Part shown: positions 25,363 through 38,827 of the stretch, one piece after another | Numbering within the stretch: the first letter of the stretch is position 1 | How the letters are laid out: each line of letters begins with the position of its first letter | NCBI GenBank assembly: GCA_003344405.1 | Contig: NOWV01000013.1 | Location: 806,001-870,000 of the forward strand | From: Trichoplax sp. H2 | Lineage: Eukaryota | Reading direction: 5' to 3' | DNA: 64,000 bases | Position numbers and translations under genes: made by a program | Notes under the pieces: generated by a model | Told to the model about the DNA's origin: nothing | What the model saw: the letters and a program-made list of their open reading frames with translations, nothing else | Databases searched by the model: none

Positions 25363-26447
25363 ATGCCAAGGTATACTAGTTAGAATATTGTGTTTGATAT
25401 CGATGAATTAAGTAAGAAAATTAGCCATGTTGAACAAGAAATTTTGTACAAGTCCATTCAGCGAGAGCATTTTACTGTAGTTGACAAACATTTTAGAGCT
25501 ATAAAAACAATGATGAACGAAATGTTCAAGCTAGAACCAACAACAGCTAGCTTGAAAGAGATATTTTATCGGTGGAAGAGATTAGGTGAATGTACTATGT
25601 AGGATATTCCTAGTTGTATATCCAAACATGGAGGAAAGCATTGCTCAGCTTACTGTAGAATCGTTTGATAAGTTGAAATCAAGTAGCGAAACACCGAACT
25701 TGTACTCTGCCCGTCGGCGCAGTGCGTGTTCATGATGAAGCTTGTACTGTAGTCTACACCTAGACTATGTCCTCTTGGCTACCGCTTTGGTACGATACAG
25801 TATGGGCAGTACAGTATTTACTATCCAGTCTATCACCGTTAAGGATTATTGATGTAAAAAGAACATTTCCCCCAAAAAGGCCACATCAAGTGGTGACTGC
25901 AGTTGATGGCATCCATGAGTGCCATTTTGAACTATGTCCTTTTTTACCCAGTTGTCTTATTGAAGCATTGAATCGAATGGAATAGTTGGAAATATTTGCC
26001 ACACTATTCATCTGTATGTTATGGTCAATTTGGTATAGCTACTGATGGAAGCAACACTTTCTCTAGTGTTGGACTGGATGGATGTACCGTTGTACTAAGC
26101 ACAACCCTATGGTAGCGCATTGCATCGCAACCTCCATTGGCCATTTTGATGATCCAATTTCAATCTGATGTAGCGATGGATTTTTTGGCTGTAGCGTGTT
26201 AAGTCTATTCTTCGATTATGATGAAATAGTACGACCTATCACTTCTGGTGTACTTGTATATTCTAGTAACATCAATAACCATATTATTGGTGACAAACCT
26301 GATACATCTTCACGCTTTTTTTTGGAACAGTTGGATTGCGATGTCTTGGATGCTAGTTTTAGTCTTCTTTCTTATTTCAAAGTTTGTCTGCAAGAGACTT
26401 GCGTTGTCTGCTACAGTCCACTGTCAAACTGGAATAACAGACGGTAG
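25363..26447 (+). pseudogene. Decayed intronless coding sequence with a putative CheD/NTAN1/CNF1-like cysteine deamidase motif
   Basis: Protein-like segments are broken by in-frame stops (25381, 25600, 26166) and frameshifts. 26014-26153 reads VCYGQFGIATDGSNTFSSVGLDGCTVVL/KHNPMVAHCIATSIGHFDD across one frameshift. Confidence 0.5.
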
Positions 26448-26660
26448 CGTACAGTGTATAGAGACTGTACACTGTGCTGTCCAAGCGTACAGTGTACAGT
26501 ACATGCAGTACAGTACATACTGTACAAGATATACTGTACAATGATCACCAGCAGTCCCAGTCCAAGACTCTACTCTACTGTATACGTACTGAACTGTACA
26601 CAGTTACACCTGTCGAAGGTTTGGTAGTAAAGTGCCTGTGTACTACAAATCATGTTTGCG

Positions 26661-27090
26661 TAGCAGAAAGTCTCTGCGTACTACAAATGGCGTATGCGTA
26701 GAAGAAAGTCTTTGCAACGACTGCAAATCATGAGTGCGTAGAAGAAAGTCTTTGCAACGACTGCAAATCATGAGTGCGTAGAAGAAAGTCTTTGCAACGA
26801 CTGCAAATCATGAGTGCGTAGCAGAAAGTCTTTGCAACGACTGCAAATCATGAGTGCGTAGAAGAAAGTCTTTGCAACGACTACAAATCATGAGTGCGTA
26901 GCAGAAAGCCTTTGCAACGACTGCAAATCATGTGTGCGTAGCAGAAAGTCTTTGCAACGACTACAAATCATGAGTGCGTAGCAGAAAGCCTTTGCAACGA
27001 CTGCAAATCATGTGTGCGTAGCAGAAAGTCTTTGCAACGACTGCAAATCATGTGTGCGTAGCAGAAAGTCTTTGCAACGACTGCAAATCA
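26661..27090. repeat. 40-bp minisatellite, about 9.75 near-perfect copies plus one degenerate copy
   Basis: G(A/C)AGAAAG(T/C)CTTTGCAACGACT(G/A)CAAATCATG(A/T)GTGCGTA repeated head-to-tail from 26701, with no spacers. Confidence 0.98.
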
Positions 27091-27274
27091 AAGAGTATCA
27101 CTTTCAAAATTGAATGTTCAATTGCCAACAACGATCAGTCCCAAAAACAGACAAGTTCAATCGAATCCAGCTTTGCCCTAGTTTAGTGGCAGAATTCACT
27201 TTCATCTATAAAATAATGGTACTTTCTGCAAATGATGTTTTCGGATATTGTACGCCATCACTCCAATTTTGCTC

Positions 27275-27535
27275 ATACAGTACAGTAGCTAATGCCTCAC
27301 ATGTTGCATACTGTACAGTGTACAGTGTACAGTATTTTACAGTACAGTACAGTACAGTACTGTACACCATAAAGTCACCTACAGTACTGTACGTACAGTA
27401 CAGTACTGTACACCGTAAAGTCACCTACAGTACAGTACAGTACTGTACTGTACTATACGGTACAATCGGAGCGGGATAGGTACTGTACGGTACCGTACTG
27501 TACTGTACTGCAAAGACATCAAGCTACAGTACACA
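27275..27535. repeat. (TACAG)n/(CTGTA)n pentamer-rich low-complexity tract upstream of CLP1
   Basis: Dense TACAGTACAG and TACTGTACTG runs; similar tracts occur at 18285-18330, 26447-26600 and 51299-51345. Confidence 0.9.
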
Positions 27536-27711
27536 GACCTGAGACTGCAGCTGCACCAGTCTCAAGCTGACCTTACTTTCACAATTATAAATGCTGTAGG
27601 CTAAAATTGAAAATTCCGATTGGAAATAAATAAAAATAATCACTTGGTTCACTTGGTTAGTCAGTTATTCAACTTGTTTTAAACGAGCCCTGACTAAAAT
27701 CTTGTATAGAA

Positions 27712-30700
27712 ATGGCCTCCACCGGTGTCGATGTTACTCGTTCTAATGAAGATGAGGATGGTCTTGTTGAACAGCGGGTAAGTTGGAGTCAAAGTACTGT
27801 TGTGCACTGCAAAAGTGCACAACAGTAGCTTGAAATGATGTCCTACCGTAGTTGCAGTAATGTGCTCAACTGCTACATTCACTTTGAGTAAGGTAGAACG
27901 ATGACAAGGTATCGAATTGTACAAAGTTTCCTTAATGATAAGAAAATGCTAAATTGACTTTTATGGTATCAGATCAAAGCTCGAGCTGTAGCAAGTCTAC
28001 CTGGGAAAGAGTATAAATTGGAAGCTGAGACAGAGTTAAGAATTGAAGTTCGACTACCGATCCATAACATGCAGTACATTCTTGGTCTTAATTGTATTTG
28101 TGGCATTCAATATACTGTACATCAATAGAGTGATATATGCTATATATGGCATAGCTCCAGACGCATGACTATCCAACTTTTCCAATGACAACTTACAGTC
28201 CATAATGATGCAAATCATGTCAACCTTGTTATGTACATTACAACATCACATACACGTATATTACTGATAATGATGACATATTCTAATTCAGCTTCTGCAA
28301 GGAAAAGCAGAAATATTTGGTTGTGAATTGGTCAGCGATAAAGTTGTGGATATGAGGAAACGGACTACATGTGCAGTATTCACTTGGCATGGCTGTACTA
28401 TTAAAGTAAGATTAAATGAGTGTTGGTATGATATTACATACATAATCTTCATCTAACATCTGTATCGGTATGTAAAAAAGTCACATACTCGTATACGGTA
28501 CAACTATTGATTGAGTAAGATTGAAGAGTATATTTATCAATAGCGCACTAGTGCCTGTAATACAAGAAGAAATCGAGCCTTACGTGTAATTTAGTATAAA
28601 TTGGCAAACTAATTATTCAATGAAAGGATAGAACTGCGTCGGTTAAAGTTTAAAATACATCCTGTCATTGATTAATATTTATTAAGCAATGATCTTTGTG
28701 TAGATTATTCCTGAATCTGTTTATGCGTACGTTTCGGATAAGACTCCTATGCAATTCTATGTTAATTTACATGAAGCATTGGAACAACGTCGATGCAAGG
28801 CAGTCGAGAACAATACTGATGGACCAGTGGTAATTTGACGTCAATTGTACTTTAGGCAACTTGACAATTTAATAGAATCAACATTAGTGACACAGTAAAA
28901 GGATTGAATTGTTGTTATATTTATATTACATAGTTGCTATATAGCAGGTTCAAGTGCATTACAATTTTTTTGTAAGAGTTACTTTGATAATCGAGCAGCA
29001 ATATACAGTATATCTTAGTTATACGGTAAAGGATTGAATTATGCCTACTCTGGATCAAGCTGTTATCGTGTCGTGAATTCATAATACGATATCGATACTA
29101 TAAGAATGCTTTATAGAATTTCGAAGATTTAGTCCGATGATAAAGTAGAATGGGCCATCGTACGACACAATTTGCTAACTAATTTAAATGAATATTATAA
29201 TTTAAAGACTATGGTCATTGGTCCTACTGACGTAGGAAAGTCAACTCTATGTCGTTTACTACTTAATTACGCCGTTCGATTGGGACGATTACCGACATTC
29301 ATAGATTTAGACGTTGGACAGGTATAAGATCTCTTAATGTTGTTATCGGTTTAGATACTATATTATCTATATACTGTGCGTTTCTTGACTATATTTAGGG
29401 TATTGTTTCAATTCCTGGCACGATTGGTAAGTTGTTTAATTTCTAGGAACATTATTCAGAATCACTTTTCAATCTAGCGTTAATAACACTGCACTACTTT
29501 TTACTTTTTGCCTAATTATAGGTGCGTTACATATCAATAGGACCATTACCGTATCAGATGGTAAAGATTTGTGAGGTTGCGCACCTTTTTATACAGCATG
29601 TTGATAAATATTTTTGATTGTTACATAATTGTTAGGGCTGGATGATTACCCATCATTAGTTTTCCATTATGGTAGTAATACTCCTTCAACTAATGTAAAG
29701 TTATACATGACGTTGGTATCACGACTTGCAGATTCTTTGCGAAAATATTGGGCTAATTTACCTTCAAGTACGGAGATGTTATGAAAAGCTTCACTTTAGC
29801 AGTTTTTAACAGTTATGACTTAACGGGTTATCATGAAATTTTTAGGGTGCCACAACGGCTGTATAATTAATACATGTGGCTGGATAACCGATGTTGGATA
29901 TAAGATAATTGTGGATGCAGCCGAAACATTTAAAGGTAGCTGCTGTAAATTTAATATTGCTAGATATTTAATTAATTTAGCTTAGATATAAACTACTAAA
30001 GGTTATCCTGATGATAATTTCCTTCTGTTTTTGCTACGTTTTAGTCGATCAAATTATCGTTCTGGACAATGAACGTTTATATAATGATTTAATGATTCAC
30101 TTTGGTAGCAATACGGAAATTGTCTTAGCCCCAAAATCTGGCGGAGTATGTGTATTAGATTTAATAAATCATATATACCGGTAATTCATTTACTTGAACC
30201 TTAGGTAAACTTTGTTCTGTTAAATACTGAATTTCTTTCATAGGTTATAGAAAGGGCGCAAAGTACACGTGCTAATGCTCGTGCTTTACGCATAAAGACG
30301 TATTTTTACGGTGATGATAATAGCGGATATACTCCGCATGTTTACGAGCTTGCCTTTTCAGATATACAAATTTTTAAAGTTGGAGGTACACTACAATTGT
30401 CGTTTCTTAAGTCAACTTTGTATGTCAAATTCTTTAATAAACTTTACACGGGTTGTGCCTTAAATTACTTCTAGGCCCAAATCTTCCGACGTCATGCCTG
30501 CCTCTAGGAATGAAACCTGAAGATGCAGCACTGAAATTAATCAATGTAGTTCCTGGTATAGACATTTAAAGACATATTCAAAATTAGCATATGCGAATAT
30601 GATATACTCCTGCATCGCCTTTATGTAATGATAGTCATTATTTCATCTACTTCTTAGAGAAATCATTAATACATAGAATTTTAGCTGTTAGTGCGGCTTT

Positions 30701-30943
30701 GTCAACGGATGAAGATATTGTTCAGACTGCCGTAATTGGCTTTGTTTGTGTGTAAGTAGACATAAATTAGAAGACAGCTATTTTATGGTATATCTCTATT
30801 TACGATTCATTCTATTGTTCCAATATAGGTACGATGTGGATGTTAATAGAAAGATATTAAAGGTTTTGTCACCTTCTCCTGGTGCTCTTCCTCGTCATAT
30901 TTTAATTCTTAGCGATCTCAGCTTTTACGATATACCTTCTTGA
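27712..30943 (+). CDS. CLP1: Polyribonucleotide 5'-hydroxyl kinase Clp1 (cleavage factor II subunit), multi-exon
   Basis: Exon 1 is 27712-27777 (MASTGVDV...). Peptides include [38 protein letters not shown], the P-loop [55 protein letters not shown] and the C-terminal [12 protein letters not shown]. Confidence 0.96.
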
Positions 30944-32366
30944 TATTATTTTTCTATAAACGGGTATATCACTGATATGGTCCTTATGCACTTGTTAGCC
31001 AAGTATCTTGTACGCGTGAAATCTGCTTTGCAGAGTTGGCTGAACAATCATACCTAAAATTGTAGTTATTTGATAGGCAAACTACTGTATTTGATGTGTA
31101 TCATAGTTCTTATATACTTCTAAATACTGCATGTTACTGAGACGTATTATTCGCTAAGATATCATTTTACAATTTTAATATTTGTAACACGATACATCAC
31201 GGTTATGGACCATTTTCAAATTTTGTTCACTTTAATTTGTATCATACTTGAGGTACAGTACTATTTAGTGTAAAACTATGTCTAGATATTATTATCAAGC
31301 TAAAGTATCATCAATTATAATTATGGTTACTGTCAGTTATTGTGCCAAGAGTTAAGGCATATCTCTAATAATTATAATTTATTAATATTGTGAATAATGG
31401 TTTCTGTTACCGTTTAATATTGATACTAGACGTCGAAGCACTTTGAATTGATTCTAACAGCTAGGCTTTATTATTTGACTGAGGAGTAAACAATTAGACT
31501 CAGAATGATTTATAAGGCAACACAAAATGATATGTATCCAATAACCGAAACAACGCCGACAATGTATAATTAATAAACCACTATTTGTTAATACATACAT
31601 TTATCAGAAGCATAAAACACCAAATTTTTTTTTAGAGACTTTAAATATCTTTGTAAAGCAACAAAGTCAAGCTTTCGGTGGTATAAGTATACACGAGTAT
31701 ATGTACATTCGTACATGCCAATTATATAAATCAGATTTTTAATCATTCATGCATGATCTGCGCAAACTATTTTGCAATGATATGCGTATATGATTACTTT
31801 ACATGTTGTATATCGCACAGTAATAGTAGAAGAAATTGATAAAATTGCCAACGACAATATTATCGGCTAATTGTAGTATTAGAGTAAGTCGAAAAACTAT
31901 TCACAGATGTTAATTGTCACATTGGGACTGCTATCAAACGTATCATGATCTAAATACCTTAGCCTGGAGCAATAATTCTAAACAAAAGTGAGGTTTATAT
32001 GTATTCACGAGATCTCCATTTAAAATTGAAATGATAATTAATTAATACTATGCAATAAAAAGTCATTGCCAGCATTGATTAATCGTATGAGCACTATATA
32101 AAATTTGCATATTGTTCTACATGCATTATTCCAAAATAAATCATTTTAAGGATTACAAGTTCAGAAACCTGGAGGAATACTTTAGGATGACTCATAATAC
32201 CCTAATGTTATATTGCAACTAATGTATTAACTTGATAGATAAACAAGAAAATGCCAAAAAGCATGTGACGTAAAATTTTCATAATTAAAACTCAGCTATC
32301 TTGTATCCGTACAACAACCGTTCGTTATACCATAGCATGACAATCACTTTTGCTTCAAAGGTAAAT

Positions 32367-35300
32367 TTATACAATGTGAGCAGTACCATAACTCTGGGGA
32401 GGTTTGCCATCGGTTAATCCTTCATTATTTTGAACGGATGAATTATTCTGGCTAGGTGTTGATTCTATTTCTTTCTCTTCACTATTTCCATTATTCTGTG
32501 CTGACTGACCCATTGGATGCATTTGACGTAGATATGACCTATCTCTAGGACTAGTAGGGTTGGATGATGATAGATTCACTCGTCGATCATGCATCTGAAA
32601 CAGAATAAGAGAATTAATTTAATTTTATGATTCACCGAAGACTTGCTATCGTGTAATACAGTGAGTTACAGTAGCAGATAGACTACCAAAATACTGTTAA
32701 GCATACTTCGTGCAACATCAAGGTACTCATGTTAATGTCATGGTCACGTAATGATTGATGGGTGGGGTCTAGTGGCAAGCCGTAACCATCCACAAATCCA
32801 AGAGAAGGATGCAACATTGCACTATTTGTATTCTTATAGTTATACTGCATAGATTGCATATTGGTTGCTATGCCTTCAGAAGTAGTGTCTTCAGATGTAG
32901 CCGGTCGGCTATTAAATAGCGTACTAAAATGCTTTTGTGTATCATAGATAATTATTATAAATTAATTAGCTAAAAAAAGTGTTGAGAAGTTAAAAGAGTA
33001 GCATTATTTACGTATGTTACCATACCAAAGACGATAAATTTGAGAGTAAATGTTGCTGTGAAGAAAAGCTTGCACTTTCTGATATTGCTGTAGAAAGAAA
33101 TGGCCCTTATGTGAATGCTCTTAAATTTTTTATAGTAAAGTAACAGTTTATCGAAGATTGACGTACAATATAGTTGTAAAAGATAATCGTTACCTTGTTC
33201 CTTTAGTTTACTTATGTACTGACTAGTTTCGGGATTAGGTTTCCACTCCGGATTTTTCATCTGTATTGAAAAATTAGTGTTAACTTGTCATAGAAAATAA
33301 GACCAAAGAGAATTACGATATAACCTGAAAGTTAATTAGTGATAATTCCATTTTTCCATCACGCGCGGTAGATTGTTGGTTTCTTTCAGGATTATTGCTC
33401 GATAACCACTAATGTAGGCAAAAATTAAATAACAATATTTAATTAAAGGATGTAAGAGTTTAGTAAAGCGAGCATAAATTTATTCATAGTAGAATTTAGC
33501 CGGCTGAATAAAGTACCTTTGGATCTCCATGTCGTTTGATATCCATCTCCGCGAAAGAACAAACATCACCGACACCTATGAATATTACCGTATAGAATAG
33601 ACAGCTATTTTATGTTTTTTAAATTATACAATAGAGGTATTATTCAGCTATACCTTCAACTTCTATCGTAAACTGCCTAAAAAAGTCTATTATAGTCAAT
33701 GACTTTGTTCGTAGAGCATAAAGCAGTACAAAAGGCGTAATTAAGGGGCTTAGTAGTTCCTCTAGATAGAATGACTTTTGGAAAAAAGTAAATTATTGAT
33801 ATATAAAAATGATTTGAAATAGTTTAATTGAAATATTATTTTATCGTTTTACCAATTTATATTGGAATAGGGTTGAAAACTCTTCTCTAATCTATAAAAC
33901 ATAGATGTTTGATGATAATTTCAGTTAATTAAGGAAGTTTTCGATTACTAAAAAAGCCTAAGCATAGAATAACTTGTGCATTATAACATCAGATATAGTG
34001 CTTACGGTAACAGTATGAGCTTGAGTTTTCCAGTCATCGGGCATATAATGGATGTGACATAAAATTGATTTCATGGCCTTATGAGGGCATTGAACGTCTT
34101 GCTATTGATTAACAAGTAGTAGGCGTAAAAAAGTAAATGATATTAGTAATTTCTAGACTAAAGTTACATTATACTGCCCGTAAGATATACAAGGTATGTA
34201 GTAGTATTTATGAACCTCATTGGGGATCAATGTTCGACATGATGTTATGATGACACCTAATCAAAAGTACAAAATAGAGCAAAATAATTTTATTAGAGTG
34301 GTTCAACATAAGCTAAAATGATCGTGCAACAGTTTAGACTTACCAAGAACAGTTACAGCAGTTAATACATGTTCTACGGTCAACAGAAATTCGTCATAGA
34401 TTGTTAACGCCAAAAGTACCGCTAACATAGCACCAGCGAAGAAGGCGATATTTCTAAATAGACAAGTAATTTACCGTAAAGTTACAACTTATGAACAGTA
34501 TTAATGTATGGAACACTTCCAATTTTGTTTTTAATACCATGTTGATGACTAATGACTAAAAACATCTTACTTTGCAATAAGGGCTAATAAATGTGAGTAG
34601 AAAATATTCATATACTTTGACGCAGGTTTGTAGGCCCTACCAAGTCTGAAAGACGAACGAGATCTATTGAGTACTCTATTATGGCATTATGTTAACCCTT
34701 GTAAATGAATAATTAAAATCCTGACCTAAGATTTAAGTCGTGATCTAATTCATTAAAATGCCTCAGGTAATGGCGTGAATATAGTGACCTAATGGGTATT
34801 GATTGTATTAGTGCCGCAGTATAGACAAATTAAGTTCGAACATAAGATTATCAGTAGTCAGGATAAAGTGTTAATGGACAGTATTTTCACGTACCATCGA
34901 CGAATTCCTAATCTTCCCGGATCTCTTCGTATAATCTTGGTTCAAACAGAAAATTGAGATGTTAGCATTGGTGTATTATCTCAACATGACTTAAGAAAAT
35001 CAAATGATTCTTTCAATAGTTATTGTACAATTCACCTCAGCATAGGAGAAAAAGGAAAATAATATTTGCCATATGAAAATTATAGGACTGAGGACAATAT
35101 TTAAAAGAGCAAAGTAAAATATCCTGGTGCTCAATTGTTCTGCGAGCTCTTGTCTATTGCAATAATATAATTGAAAGAGCAATTCAATATCATATAGCTA
35201 TGTTCGATAGTGATATCTTTTTGCAGTTATTAAAGCTTCGTCCATGTCATTTACTGTTACTATATTTTAACAACTGCTGTCCTTTCGGTTTGATTATATA

Positions 35301-38300
35301 ACATGTCTGACCAACCTCTTATTTGCTTTTTTATAATCTGGTCGTAAGTGCCAGTCATTATCAAAAGGACTGCCGGGAGCCCCTTTTATACAGTTTAAGA
35401 AATAACAAAGTTTGAGTGTTAGATTATAAGTTGATAATCAACAATCCGAAAATAATTTTAACACTCGCATACAAAATAGAATTGCTTCCAAATTATATAA
35501 ATATCCTTTGGTGAAGAATAGTCTGTAAACGATAATAGAAAATCGATTACAAACATTAATCAAAATAAAAACTAATAGAATTGAAATTAACGACTTTATA
35601 CAATTATTTAATCACTTACTAATAAAGTAGAATGTAGTACGCGTAATACTAACCTTTGTCCAATAAGAGGAACTGTCAATCTTACTGGGATAATATCTTT
35701 ATTAACCATAGCCACAAGATAATTTGTAAATCTTGAAATTCTATGGGTAATATCTTTAGAAGATAATAACATTTTAATATCAAAATGATTTGATAATTAT
35801 GGCGAAGCAAAGATTATATTGATATTATTACCTAATTCTGATAATTGTTCTTTATGGATGCACATTTGATGTTCAAGTTGGTATTTCATCATTCTATTTT
35901 GGACTTCTTGCCACGTTATATTTTGTAACTCACTCTGTGGTAAAGATGAAAGGGAAATTATTATTTTCAAATTATTCCGATCTAATTTGAAACGCGGCAA
36001 TTAGTCATTTTTGTTATAAAATTGTTGTACCGTTGATATTTTTAGTGCTTCTGAGTAGAATGATTTGATCTCAATGAAATGCGATAGATTCCATATAATT
36101 CTAATGAGACGCATTGCCCAAGAAGTAAAAGCAATTACCAAAAAACAAATGATTGAAGTTGTAAATCTGTAAATGAAATGTATATTTAATCAATGCATTT
36201 CCAAATTGATTCATCTAGAAATCAGTCCGTGATATATTCGCTATAAATTCAAGTTTACTTATTAAAATAAAGAGTATACATAGGGTGCTTTCTATTGTTG
36301 CATAACATATTATGATGTTATCAAAAAATAATTTGTGCTTGAATAATGTAAATACTCGTAGTAAGCTAGCATTATTTCAAGTATCAATCATTCGAGCACG
36401 ATATTCCTATACTATGATTTTTAAAAGATAACATCACTTTAGCCTAGAAAGAATGAGCAAAGGATACCATACCTATTAACACATTGTCTAAGGGGTCTAA
36501 CAGCATCAGGAATAGTGACTTTATGAGAATCACCAGTATGTCCAGATGGTGGTTTATCGCCAAATAAGACAGGATAATCGACACAAGTTATCAAGAAAGT
36601 TGTAAAGAGGATTATAAAGAGAAATTGCCTAGAGAAAAATAGAATCGTTGTGGTAAGCATTTTTTAGTCTACCAAGACAAGCTTTTATTAAAGTTAAGAG
36701 GTTACTATCGCTCGTATATAAACTAGCTATTCTCTTTTGGGCATCCAGCCGATGATATTAATAGAAAAATGAAGCGATTCAAGGAGGAGGAAGTGGACAT
36801 TATTATCTATAATATCCTTCCTTTTCTTGCATTACATCCAGTACTACTGTACACGCATCCATCAAATAAATCGATAAGTAGAGTAGTGAGGAATAAACTC
36901 TCTTATTGTGATGACAACAAGCAATTACAAAACGAAAGCAATATTTTATATTGTCATTAAGTTCTTCGCTTTGTCGTGTTTCTTGTAAGCGAAAATAATG
37001 ATTGATTACTGTTGTTAACTAATACTAGCCCTAGATCTTGAAAGACTAGTCGACGCTTCAATTCGATTGATTTTACAATGCTTAATTGGTTTTTAGGCCG
37101 ACTATTTTTCAGAGCTTCATTTTGTTCCATCAATAATTATCGCTATCAAGATTATTTCCAAAAAGTTTTAACCATAACAGAATACTTACATTAATTCAAA
37201 AACGTAATTGAGAATCATATAGGTAAGGCCATGATTAATGTAATATTTATAAACCTATAGAATATTGTTGGGAGAAAAATAAATAAGACATCAATTGAGT
37301 TATCATGAAGAAATTGATTTCTTTCTTTAAATTCTCTTCTATTGAACGATAATGATCAACAGTATAAAACTGTAGTTAAGAAATATTGTTACTTTACTTT
37401 ACTGCTATTATTGTAAAGATGAGCTATGGTACATTCATGGATTGCTTTGCTATTGAAGACATTATTGATGGAGGAGATTGGATACTGTTAGGACATGACT
37501 CTTTGAAGTCCTCTTCTCGCGTAGTATACTGAACAAGCATTACTGTAAGGTGATCGGAGATTATTTCGACGTACGCTATAAGGCTAGATAAGTTATATGA
37601 TTGCTTTCCTGGAAAAAGCAATACTCATCGAGGAGATGGCTTACTTGTACTAGTAGGATAGGATGGTTGAAATTTACTTTGTAGCCTCGTATTGTCGAAT
37701 AGACGAGTCCGTGACTGCTCCATATGGGCATATAGAAGGGTTTTTGCCTATTTCAACCTAAGCTTAAAAGCTTGGATATAATGTGAATCGACAGTTTAGA
37801 TGGCTTTTGAACTATCGTTGTAGAAATAATTCTGGATAGCTCCGTGATCATTCCATAAAATGCGATCCGATTGACTACAGTCAACATAGATGGATCGCAT
37901 TAGTATTGAAGAAGATACTGTTGATCTAAGAAATGGATAGGATAGAATCGAATGGATCTTGTCGAATATATTTTACTATGGTCTTTGAACTATCGTTGTT
38001 GAAATAATTCGGGATAGCTCCATGATCATCCCATAAAATACGATGCGATTGACTACAGTCAACATAGATGGATCGCATTAGTATTGAAGAGGATACTGTT
38101 GATCCGACAAATGGATAGGATAGAACCATGTCGAATATATTTTACTATAAGACCATTGAAGTTAAAAAGACTATTAGAAGGCATATTTCAAGATTGGATG
38201 GGATAGAACTCAACAGTGTCTATCTGTGCCATGGATAGATTGTTTTGGTATGGAAGTGGATCCTGTTGATCTAGGGCATGGGTAGGATAGAATGGAATTG

Positions 38301-38827
38301 ATGTTATCGAATACACCTTACTGCAAGACGATTTAACTTGAAAAGACTCTTTTCAAGGCACACTTCAAGGTTGGGATAGGATGAAAATAAACAGTATCTA
38401 TCTCCATCGAGCTATCATCATCATCATCGTTTCCACTAGTATGGATAGCTAGCTCAGTTTAATACCATGCCCATGCGATGTTGATGATTGAGCGAAAAGC
38501 AAAGAAGAAAAATCAAGCTCTCCGTCCATTTACAACATGGACAATATTAGCTGATCGAATGACGTACCCTCCGAAAGAAAACATCCAAATTCTCGATATG
38601 ATTCCATCGTGCTAACAAAAAAGAAGAAAATTGTATCGATGGATGATATCCATAGACAAATAGATGGTTTCTATCTTAGTATAGAGAAGAAATAGCAAAC
38701 CTTTCTTGACATTGCTTTCTTCGTGTACAGTATGAAATTCATTCAAATAACGTGGAGGTACTTCTTCAGATCCACTTTCCTCCGGTGTATCAGCCAGTAA
38801 TCTCGTATAAACTGTTTGTAACGGCAT
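32367..38827 (-). CDS. ATG9: Autophagy-related protein 9 (lipid scramblase), multi-exon
   Basis: Spliced peptides RWNHIENLDVFFRRVY, LQNITWQEVQNRMMKYQLEHQMCIHKEQLSELDITHRISRFTNYLVAMVNK, RRWSLYSRHYLRHFNELDH, GVGDVCSFAEMDIKRHGDPKW and DGKMELSLINFQMKNPEWKP. Confidence 0.96.
37800..38340. repeat. About 177-bp tandem duplication plus a degenerate third copy in ATG9 intron 2
   Basis: TTTGAACTATCGTTGT...GATTGACTACAGTCAACATAGATGGATCGCATTAGTATTGAAGA...ATGGATAGGATAGAA at about 37807 and about 37984. Confidence 0.85.

Noticed and set aside
26701-27090. CRISPR-like array of palindromic 40-bp repeats
   Set aside because: Units are head-to-tail with no unique spacers, no cas genes are present, and the context is eukaryotic; it is a minisatellite.
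27114-27479. ORFs rich in YSTV/YCTV on both strands (also 26474-26701)
   Set aside because: Translation of TACAG/CTGTA pentamer tracts.
23282-30943. CNOT9 and CLP1 head-to-head as a functional mRNA 3'-end gene pair
   Set aside because: Start codons are 2.7 kb apart with a pseudogene and repeats between them; nothing beyond adjacency supports co-regulation.
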